Of a stretch of DNA of 64,000 nt, positions 54,228-64,000 are shown in pieces. The notes under the pieces were generated by a model that was given only the letters and a program-made list of their open reading frames with translations, was not told the origin of the DNA and did no database searches. Source of the stretch: Malacoraja senta. Lineage: Eukaryota. Every line of letters starts with the position of its first letter. Positions within the stretch are counted from its first letter, which is position 1. Made by a program: the position numbers and the translations under genes. The stretch is from NCBI GenBank assembly GCA_038087875.1, contig CM075996.1, positions 498,001 through 562,000 on the forward strand, read 5' to 3'.

Positions 54228-54494
54228 GCCTATTTCCTTCGCTCCATAGATGCTGCGGCAGCCGCTGAGTATCTCCAGCACTTTTGTCTACCTTCGATTT
54301 TCCAGTATCTGCAGTTCCTTCTCAAACACATCCGTTATAAAGGGGTCTGTTACAACGAGGGTTTGCTGCTCTAGGCTCTGGTGGATCTGGTACGCCAGAT
54401 AGAGCGAGTTCTTGAAGAGGCGTCTGAGTACAATGTAGTCACTCCACAGGGCAGGAAGAGGAAGTGACGGTCAAACGTCCGCAAGGGGATGGTC

Positions 54495-54593
54495 TCACAC
54501 AACGCACTGGATGTGTTCCAGCTTCTCCTCATACATACGGTGAAATGCTTTGGCCAGGCTCAGGAACGGACTGTCGCAATTCTCCATCTCTTT
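54495..54593 (-). CDS. IFT27: IFT27 last coding exon, KEMENCDSPFLSLAKAFHRMYEEKLEHIQCVV*
   Basis: ...tttttccag|AAA GAG ATG; TGA at 54495-54497; 32 aa, the same length as human [32 protein letters not shown]. Confidence 0.93.
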   Translation of the reverse strand, partial: KEMENCDSPFLSLAKAFHRMYEEKLEHIQCVV

Positions 54594-54864
54594 CTGGAAA
54601 AAAACAGAGAGCGAAAGATGTTCGAGAATGCAGGAGAAGCCCAATCACTTGCACAACCAACCCCGGCTCTGGGGTCCATGCAGCGCGCATCACTCCCAGC
54701 TAATCTCTGCAGCCACCTTTGGGGTGCTTGCTGTCACTCGCCTGCTCACCTCCGTAAATTGCAGCTTCACTTTCTGGGTTCAACATAATTACACATTTTA
54801 ACCTCCACCTCTTTCACCAAATTTTCCTGCACTTACTCCATCTCCCTCTAAACCTTTCCTTTCC

Positions 54865-55214
54865 AGCGGACACACCCAGACTTAGACAATGGTTAGACAT
54901 AGTACAGGAAATATTTGTCATGGAGAAAATGACATATTCTCTAAGAGTGAAAGAAGACGAGTTTAACAGAAAATGGGAAAAATGGATTAGGTATAGAAAT
55001 AAAGACATCAACACTGTATAATTGTATTGACAATAATGTAAGTTATTGGAAAATGTTTTAATAAGAAAATAGTTCTGTATACGGCATCATTAATTGTAAA
55101 CTGAACCCCCCGCTGCACTGTTGTACGTTTCACTGCATTGTTGTATGTTTCGTTGTTATATTTGTGTTTTATTTGTGTATGCATAAAAGCAATAAAGACT
55201 AAAGTGAAAAAAAA
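54865..55214 (+). mobile_element. L1/Tx1-type 3' fragment in the last IFT27 intron
   Basis: QWLDIVQEIFVMEKMTYSLR...FNRKWEKW; AATAAA and A tail; TSD TAAACCTTTCCTTTCC at 54849-54864 and 55215-55230. Confidence 0.85.
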
Positions 55215-56115
55215 TAAACCTTTCCTTTCCGTATATCTGCCCCAATGTAGTTTGAGTATAGAAGTTGGGATGTTACGTTAGTGTACAAGATGGTTTAGGG
55301 TGGTCACAGTGGCGCAGCGGCAGAGTTGCTGCCTTACAGCGAATGCAGCGCTGGAGACCTGGGTTCGATCCCCACTACGGGTGCTGTCTGTACGGAGTTT
55401 GTACGTTCTCCCCGTGATCTGCGTGGGTTTTCTCCGAGATCTTCGTTTTTTTCACACAGAGAGTTGTGAGTCTGTGGAATTCTCTGCCTCAGAGGGCGGT
55501 GGAGGCTGGTTCTCTGGAAACTTTCAAGAAAGAGCTAGATAGAGGTCAAGATAGCGGAGTCAGGGGATATGGGGAGAAGGCAGGAATGGGTACTGATTGT
55601 GGATGATCAGCCATGATCACATTGAATGGCGGTGCTGGCTTGAAGGGCCATACGGCCTACTCCTGCACCTATTGTCTATTGTGAATGTTGTTATAGTATC
55701 TGCCTCAACGACCTCCTCTAGCAGCTCGTTCCATATACCTACCAGCCCCTGTGTGAAAAAGTTGTCCCTCAGGTTCCTATTAAATCTTTCCCCTCTCACC
55801 ATAAACCTTTGTCATCTGGTTCTTGTCACTCCCCCCACTCTGGGTATAAGACTTTGTGCATTCACCCTATTTATTCCCCTCATTTTATACACCTCTACAG
55901 GATCACACCTCAGCCTCCTGTGCTCCAAGGAATAAAGTCCTAGCCAGTTCAACCTCTCCCTTATACCTCAGGTCTTCGAGTCCTGGCAACATCCTCACAA
56001 ATCTCCTCTGCACTCTTTCCAGCTTAACAACATCCTTCCTATAGCAAGGTGACCAAAACTGAACACTCCAAATACGGCCTCAACAACATTCTTTCAGTTG
56101 TTTTTTTTAGTTATA

Positions 56116-56233
56116 GAGATACATCGCGGAAACAGGCCCTTCGGCCGACCGGGTCCGCGCCCACCAGGGTTAGGGTTAGGGTTAGGGTGGGCGGACCCGG
56201 TCGGCCGAAGGGCCTGTTTCCGCGATGTATCTC
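56116..56233. repeat. Perfect 43-bp inverted repeat enclosing the interstitial telomeric sequence AGGG(TTAGGG)3
   Basis: Arms 56116-56158 and 56191-56233 are exact reverse complements; telomeric tract at 56166-56187. Confidence 0.95.
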
Positions 56234-56439
56234 CTCTGCTGTGCAACACTCCCCAACACTGCCATTCACTGTGACGGTGCTGTCCTGGTTTGACTTTCCA
56301 AAATGCAACACCTTGCATTTATCTGCATTAAACTCCATTAACCATTCCTCTGCTCACTTGTCTAGCTGATCAAGATCCTGCTGTAATATGTTTAGTTTAG
56401 TTTAGCTTATTATCACATGTACCGAGGTACAGTGAAAAG

Positions 56440-56852
56440 CAAAGATCCTATAGCAAGCAAGATAGTCCACTCGACGAAAAAGACGTAGTACGGTCATGGG
56501 CAGATTCATGGGTAATTTTAGGCCCCATTTCCGTAACCGGCTTCCGTCTCCGCACCAAAGATCGAATAGTGGAGCAAAGATACTAGTGCGGAGACGGAAG
56601 CTGGTTACGGAAACATCCTCGTAAAAATAAAAGTTCTTTGGTAAAAATCTTCTCCTCATTTTCAGAATTATAATTTATTAACACAAACTGTTCCCCCGCA
56701 ACGTTGATTACACTGCGAGAGAGATAACCAAAGTCGGGTCGGGTTACTGAAATGGATGAAAAAAAGGCCCACGTTCCGCTCCGTTGCGTACTACACGTTA
56801 GCCCATTGCATTTAGCAGGAGTGGTCTATCTTGCTGCGCTATAAGATCTTTG
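56440..56852. mobile_element. Non-autonomous TIR transposon with 8-bp TSD (P-like or hAT)
   Basis: ~33-bp TIR CAAAGATCCTATAGCAAGCAAGATAGTCCACTC; TSD GTGAAAAG at 56432-56439 and 56853-56860. Confidence 0.85.
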
Positions 56853-57100
56853 GTGAAAAGCTTTTTGTTGCATGCTAATCAGTCAGCGGAAAGTTTATAC
56901 ATAATTAAATACAATCGATCCATCCACAGTGTACTGATACATGATAAAGGGAATAATGTTTATTCCAGTTAACCAGACTGGTTGGGAAAATAAAATTCCA
57001 GTAAAGTCTGATTAAAGATAGCCCCAGGGTTTTCAATGAGGTAGATCAAAGCTCAGGACTGCTCTCTAGTTAGAGGGGCGGTATGATTCCCTGTACTTAC

Positions 57101-57210
57101 AGCTGAGGTTTCAAAGTATTCCATGCCCTGGCTGACTGCCCAGTCCTGTGCCTGTTTGTACTCCACAATGCGCCTGCTTGCTAGATCCATTTTGTTGCCA
57201 ACAAGAACTC
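57101..57210 (-). CDS. IFT27: IFT27 coding exon (exon 6), (G)VLVGNKMDLASRRIVEYKQAQDWAVSQGMEYFETSA
   Basis: ...ggtttgcag|GA...GCT|gtaagt; 110 nt, phase-compatible with the flanking exons; G4 NKxD and G5 ETSA motifs. Not in the ORF track. Confidence 0.95.
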
Positions 57211-57871
57211 CTGCAAACCAATAAAAAACAATCTCACCGAGATACCAGGTTTACAGTTGAACTCTTCCCGTTGATCATGCACCGTTTCCTACATTCATTT
57301 AGTCATTTGGTTTAGCTTATTGTCATGTGTATTGAGGCACAGTGAAAGGCTTTTGTTGGGTGCTAACCAGTCAGCGGGAAGATAATACATGATTACAATC
57401 GAGCTGTCCACGGTGTACAGATACAGGATAAAGGGAATAACGTTTAGTGTAACATAAAGTCCAGTAAAGATAGTCCGTGGGTCTCCAATGAAATAGATAG
57501 TAGCCCAGGATTGCTCTCTAGTTTTTTTCTTAAGATCATAAGTGATAGGAGTAGAATTAGGCCATTCGGCCCATCAAGTCTACTCCACCATTCAATCATG
57601 GCTGATCTATCTCTCCCTCCTAACCCCATTCTCCTGCCTTCTCCCCATTACCTCTGACACCCATACTAATCCAATGGTCGATAGATGCCTGATAACAGCT
57701 GGGAAGAAACTGTCCCTGAATCCGGAGGTGTGCATTCTCACACATCTACACCTTTTGCCCGATGGGGGAAGAGGGAGTGGCCGGGGTGCGACGTGTCCTT
57801 GATCAGGCTGGTGGCCTTGCCGAGGCAGCGGCAATCTGCAAGCACGTCCCCAGGGTGACAGGACCACTGAC

Positions 57872-57989
57872 CTGGCAACTGGCCGTTGGGAGCCTGAGCC
57901 TGGGCTCTTTCCAGCCACTTTGTGCAGCTGCTGAAGGATGTGGCGTTGGTGATGTCGTACACAAGGCAGATAGCGCCGGCGAGCTCCCA
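57872..57989 (-). CDS. IFT27: IFT27 coding exon (exon 5), WELAGAICLVYDITNATSFSSCTKWLERAQAQAPNGQLP(G)
   Basis: ...tttaatcag|TGG...CCAG|gtcagt; 118 nt; Rab-like LVYDIT..SF...KWL motif. Confidence 0.95.
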
Positions 57990-60900
57990 CTGATTAAATA
58001 AAGCGAACACACAGCGATTTAAAATTTCCGTTGCTCCATCGTCAGTGGATTCAAACATTGCATCTCCCTATCATTTAAGTGGCGCGGCTAATACAGGTCC
58101 TCTCCCGGTTACGAACACCAGACTTATGTACAGCTCGTACATACGACTGAGCATTGGGAGACCGGTGGGATGGACATGCTGGCTGCTGCAGGAATCTTCT
58201 GCCATGAGGGAAGTTAGTTTGCAGCAACATGAGTTAAACATGAAATATAAAAAATAGGGGCAGGAGTAGGCCATTCGGCCCTTCGAGACACCAGCGCCAT
58301 TCAATATGATCATGGCTGATCATCCAAAATCAGTACCCCGTTCCTGCTTTCTCCCCAAATCCCTTGATTCCGTTTGCCCTAAGAGCTAAATCTAACACTC
58401 TCTTAAAAACATCCAGTGAATTGGCCTCCACTGCCTTCTGTGGCTGAGAATTCCACAGATTCACAACTCTCTCGGTGAAAAGGTTTTTCCTCATCTCAGT
58501 CCTAAATGGCCAACCCCTTATTCTTTAACTGTGACCCCTGGTTCTGGACTCCCCCAACATGGGGAACATTTTTCCTGTATCTATCCTGTGCAATCCCTTA
58601 ATTGTATATGTTTCTATAAAAACGCCCTGCCTTAACTACATGTTGCCCTTGGTTGACCTAAGTTTTATTTAAATACATTGACCGTGGCTGCATTTAGGAC
58701 TTGCAAACTATTCAAAATGCAACCAGTCCTCAGCAGCAGAACCCTGTCCTAACCTGGGAGGTATCTCTCAACCCACTGCCTCACAATACCAGCGACCTAG
58801 GTTCAATCCACCACCTCTTCCAGCTTTCTCCCCCCCGTACTACAATCAGTTTGAAGAAGGGTCCTAACCCAAAACATTGCCTATTCATATTCTCCAGAGA
58901 TACTGCCTGACCCGCTGAGTTACTCTGGCACCTTGTATCTATTCTTGGTAAACCAGCTTGTTTCTACATGTATGGAGTTTGCATGTTTCAGTCTGAAGAA
59001 GGGTCTCGACCCAAAACGTCACCTATTCCTTCGCTCCGTAGATGCTGCCTCACCCGCTGAGTTTCTCCAGCATTTTTGTCTACCTTAGATTTTTCCAGCA
59101 TCTGCAGTTCTTTCTTAAACACCGTGACCTTGTGGGTTTCCTCTAGGTCCTGCGATTTCCTCCTATGTCCCTATGCCAGTTGATGGTTTAACTAAATTGT
59201 CCCTGCATACATTTATATGTGCAGGAGAGTTGTAGAAACTCGGGGGTAGTTGATGACAATGTTAGGGAGAATACAAAATAGGATGAAGGGGTAGGATTAG
59301 TGTAAATGGATGTTGGCGCAAACTCGGTGAGCTGAGGGGCCTGTTTCCATGCTGCACTTCATTCTGACCATGGCTCTGGCGCTCTGGAACTGCCGAAATA
59401 AAAATTGACTGCAGCAATTTAAGAAGCCAGATCTCCAGTGCCTTCTCAAGAGCAATTAGAGATGCTCCATAAATACTGGCCTAGCCAGCAATGCCCACAA
59501 CCCGTGAATAAGTCAAGTGAATAAGGCGCAGTGGACGCAGCGGTAGAGTTGCTGCCTTACAGCGCCAGAGAGCCGGGTTTGATCCTGACTATGGCTGCTG
59601 TCTGTGCGGAGTTTGCACGTTCTCCCTGTGACCGCATGGGTTTTCTCCAGCTGATCCAAAGACGTGGATTAATTGGGCTTCTGTAAATTGTCCCTAGTGT
59701 GTAGGATAGAACTAGTGCAGGGGTGATCGCTCGTCAGCATGGACTTGGTAGGCTGAAGGACCTATTTCCACACTGTATCTTTTTTTTTAAACTGAAAATA
59801 AAATAAATTCTCATAAGGGCTGCAATCAACTGTGCATAGCCTTTGGCCCCATATCAGTCTGAAGAAGGGTCTCGTCTGAAAAGTCACCCATTTCTTCTCT
59901 CTAGAGAAGCTGCCTATTCTGCTGAGCTACTCCAGCTTTTTGTATCTATCATCAGTTCCTTCCTAAACAGCCCCGGAGAACATGGAAAGGTGACGTCTTG
60001 GGTCAGGACCCTTCTTCGGACTGATGGAGTTTGTGTTTTGAAACGGATTATGTGTTCTTCAGACCAGAACCTGAAACGTCACGTATCCGTGTTCTCCGGG
60101 GATGCTGCCTGACCCGCTGAGTCACTCCGGCAATAGCAGCTGGGCTTTCAGATTCAAGGAGCACAATAAAGTGGAGCTATCAAATCAGGAGGTAGACACA
60201 AAATGCTGGAGTAACTCAGCGGGTCAGGCAGCATCTCTGGAGAGAAGGAATGGGTGACGTTTCGGGTTGAGAACCTTCTTCAGAAGGTCTCAATCTGAAA
60301 AGTCACCCATTCCTTCTCTCCAGAGTCGCTGCCTGACCCGCTGAGTTACTCCAGCATTTTGGGTCTAGCTTTGATTTTACCAGCATCTGCAGTTCTTTCT
60401 GACGATCAAATCAGGAATTAATTTTGAACCCAATTGCAGTGAAGAAAAATGAACAAAAGAAAGAGCAGTTAAGCATTATCCCATTTACACGAGACTGCAT
60501 TCAAACACGCGCCAGCCATGAAAGGTTTAGTGCCCGCGTTCATTTAATTGACAGTGATCCAGTGTAGCCGCAGTAGCGTGCAATAGGGAGGTTCATCCCT
60601 GGGAATCAAAACATCCACATAGTCTGGAAATCCGACAAAAACCGAGAAGGCCACAAAGTGCGGGAGTAACTCAGCGGGCCAGGCAGCATCTCAGTAGAAC
60701 ATGGATAGGTGACGTTTTCGGTCGGAACCCTTCTTCAGGTTGTAGAAGGGTGTCGACCCGAAACGTTGCCTATTCATGTTTTTCCAAGGATGCTGCCTGG
60801 CCCGCTGGGTTACTCCAGCACTTTGTGTCCTTTTGTGTCTTAACCGGCATCTGTAGTTCATTGTTTCTACATACTTAAAAACAGAGAATGCCGAAAACAC

Positions 60901-61176
60901 TCAGCAGGCCAGGCAGCATCTACGGAAAGGGAAACAGAGTTAACACATTTCCAATGGTAACTGCTTTTCTTTTACCACAGATGCTGCCTGACCTACTGAG
61001 TGTTTCTAGCATCTTGAGTTTTTATCCGTCTTCTTTAGGAATGCTTTTGCACTGTAGCCCTTATATTGCTTCACAGCGCTGATGGAAGAGGCCTAATATT
61101 AAATGATCCTGCCTGCCCTATGTGGCAAACAATTAGCAAGTTAATCGAGAGTTAAATCATTAAGTGATCACCGTAC

Positions 61177-61236
61177 TTGACTTTCCACCGTGTCATAGAA
61201 GATTTCTTTTCCCGAAGAATCAAATAGGAAAAGCTC
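61177..61236 (-). CDS. IFT27: IFT27 coding exon (exon 4), ELFLFDSSGKEIFYDTVESQ
   Basis: ...tgtgcccag|GAG...CAA|gtacgg; 60 nt; aligns with human [20 protein letters not shown] (G3 box). Confidence 0.92.
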
Positions 61237-61839
61237 CTGGGCACAGAAAAGAGAGAGAATATAACAAATCAATGTCCAATTGCTAAAAGTCATACTAAAC
61301 AGAAGGAGTTAGAACATTTTAAAAACACTGCATATGCTGGAAGTCTAAAACACAAAAAATGCAATGCTGGTAAAAATGGCGGCATGGTGGCGCAGCGGCA
61401 GAGCTACTGCCTTACAGCACCAGAGACCCGGGTTCGATCCTGTCTACGGGTGCTTGTCTGAAAGGAGTTTGTACGTTCGCCCCGTGACCTGCGTGGGTTT
61501 GCTCCAGGTTTGTAGGTTAATTGGCTTGGTATAAATGTAAAATTGTCCCTGGTGTGCGTAAGATCGTGTTAGTGTGCGGGGATGGACTCGATGGGGCAAA
61601 GGGCCCTGTTTTTGCACTGTATCTCTAAACTAAATTAAACTAAACTAAAACTCAGCATGTCAGGAAGCATCTGTGGGAAGAGAAACTGCCAGAGTTTCAG
61701 AAGGGTCGCCAACCAGAAAAGTTGACTGTTTCTCTTTTCGCTGATACTGCCTGACTTGCAGAGTTTTGCCAGCATTTTCTGTTTTTGTACCCAACAGAAC
61801 ATTTCAGGGAGAACAGTCAAATGTTTCTTAATTACTCAC

Positions 61840-61899
61840 CACACTGTCCGATGTGTCTGGTATGAGGACTGGATTTACAAAGATATCTACTCCAGTTGT
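61840..61899 (-). CDS. IFT27: IFT27 coding exon (equivalent to human exon 3), TTGVDIFVNPVLIPDTSDSV
   Basis: Minus strand ...ccctgtttag|ACA...GTG|gtgagt; 60 nt; aligns with human [20 protein letters not shown]. Confidence 0.92.
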
Positions 61900-64000
61900 C
61901 TAAACAGGGAAAAGAGTGTTAGTAGGTTCAATTTCCATACCAAGCTGTAACCTCACTAACTAGGCTTCAATAAATCAACCATATTTACAAAATTCATACC
62001 CAAATAAATCGCTGAAAGTTGCATCCATGATGGGGATGACAGCGGCTTTGTGATCAAGTTACAAGTAATCTAGAAGTCTGTACAAACAATCCAAAGGTCA
62101 GACGTTAGTTTAGAGATACAGCACAGAAATAGACCCTTCGGCTCACCAGGTCCACGCCAGCCATCGATCACCCATTCACACTAGTTCTATGTTATCCCTC
62201 TTTCTCATCCACTCCCTACACACTAAGGCAATTTACAGAGGCTGATTAACCTATAAACCTGCACGTCCTTGGGATGTGGGAGGAAACCGGAGCACCCGGA
62301 AAAACCCCATTCGGTCACAGGGAGAACGTGCAAACTCCACAGAGATAGCCCCCAAGGTCAAGATCTCCTGAGAAGCCGGGTCTCTGGCACTGTGAGGCAT
62401 CAGCTCTACCAGCTGCGCCACTATGCAGCCCTAATCTCCAGGTGTTCCGGTTTCCTCCCACACGCCAAAGACGTACAGGCTTGTAGGTTGACACAGAATA
62501 CTGTAGTAACTCAGCGGGACAGGCAGCATCTCTGGAGAGGAATGGGTGACGTTTCGAGTCAAGACCCTTCTTCAGTCTGAGAGATGCTGTCTGTCCCGCT
62601 GAGTTACTCCAGTATTTTGTGCCTACCTTTGATTTAAACCAGCATCAGCAGTTCTTTCCTAGACAGCTTTGTAGGTTAATTTGCTGTGATAAGTTGCAAA
62701 ATTGTCCTTAGTGTGTGCAAGTCAGTTGGTCTATAGGGGGATCGGTGCAGACTCGGTGGGCCGAAGAGCCTGTTTCCACGCTGTTTCTCTAAAGTCTAAA
62801 AGTTCTGGCAACATCCTCGTAAACCTTCCCTGCACTCTTTCCAGCATCAATTTGCCTTCAGCCAGTTTGTCTCTTGCCTGACTCAGCCTTGTTTATGACA
62901 GATGCACTTTGCTTTTTGACTGAACACAAAATCAGCCTCCTTGTAATTGCACCGTGTTCGTGCTTTGCTTTAAAGCTTTTCTCAGCAAACAGGGGAGGAC
63001 AACAGCTGCTCCAAGCAGGTTGCCACCCTCCACTCAGCATCTTTTTTGAGACAACTAACTGCATGCATCTTCAGCACAGGGGGAGCAATGAGGCTATCTC
63101 CCGAAACATCTTCATCGTCCAAGTTATCAAATTCTTGCAATTTCTCAATTCAACAAATGACAGGTCCGGAACGCTTGAGTCCCTCCCTCCAAAAGCGAAA
63201 ACTGCAAATCTTGGAAATCTGAAATGAAAATAGAAAACGTTGTACTCGGCTGGTCAGGCAGCTTCTGTGGAGGGAACATTTCACAGATGCTGTCCGACCT
63301 GCTGAGTGTTTTCAATATTTTCTGTTTTTCATTTTAAATCTTTATCTGCTTTCACCTTGAAACCTCCTTCCTGACTGCAGGTACTATCACAACTTTAAAG
63401 AAACATTTAGGCATGTACATGTTTAAGAAGGAACTGCAGATGCTGGAAAATCGAAGGTAGACAAAAATGCTGGAGAAACTCAGCGGGTGAGGCAGCATCT
63501 ATGGAGCGAAGGAAATAGGCAATGTTTTGGGTCGAGACCTTTCTTCAGACTGGATAGGATAGATAGACTGGTACACGGACAGGATAGGTTTAGAGGGATA
63601 TGGGCCAAACGCAGGCACGTGGGACTAACGTAAATGGGACATGTTGGTCGGCCTGGGCAAATTGGGCCAAAGGGCCTGTTTCCACGCTGTATTTCTACAA
63701 CCAAGCTATTAGGACATGCATTAGGACAACCATTGGTGTCAAATTTCTTTCCATATTCCTACCTTCCATCAAGCCTTGTTCACACATTGGGCCAATACTT
63801 GTAATGCCCACATTGCAAATTACTAGACTGGAAACCAATCTTTTTTTTACAAAATCCCTCCTCTTTCAACTTTGCAGTGCTCTGAGGTATCCTCACATCT
63901 CCACCTTTGTCATTTTGCAAATCCCCAATTTTTAATGCTCTGCCATTGTTAGTCTTCAGCCTAAATTCTGGAATACTCACCCTAAAACTCTACTTTTTTT

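Noticed and set aside
54495..54506. IFT27 C-terminal CVV as a prenylation signal
   Set aside because: Cys is at -3, so it is not CaaX, CC or CXC; IFT27 is known to be unprenylated.
57738..58058. 106-aa ORF as a stand-alone gene
   Set aside because: Only 57872-57989 is exonic IFT27; the rest is intron and a Rex1-type fragment.
61900..64000. IFT27 exons 1-2 (P-loop GDxxVGK)
   Set aside because: Not found by eye; presumably beyond the window end.

Overview
Vertebrate genomic DNA, almost certainly from a cartilaginous fish (skate/ray-like, judged from HE1-type V-SINEs and CR1 LINEs sharing their tails). It is very TE-dense and has a 200-N gap at 32140-32339. Only two host genes are supported, arranged tail-to-tail: the last coding exon and 3' UTR of CACNG2/stargazin (+, 3325-3857) and five exons of IFT27/RABL4 (-, 61899 down to 54495). 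The rest is nested CR1, L2, Rex1/Babar, L1, Vingi and Penelope retroelements, V-SINEs, TIR MITEs and microsatellites; almost all ORFs in the track are TE debris or (CA/TG)n artefacts. The most striking signal is a 142-nt TSD-flanked retroposon in the last CACNG2 intron whose 5' 54 nt fold into a complete minimal HDV/CPEB3-like self-cleaving ribozyme, and whose 3' tail resembles that of a Vingi LINE found in the same window. Also notable: about 30 Penelope pLTR fragments carrying minimal hammerhead cores, a perfect 43-bp hairpin with AGGG(TTAGGG)3 in its loop, and a P-element-like MITE with an 8-bp TSD. All family assignments come from recognising motifs by eye, not from database searches.
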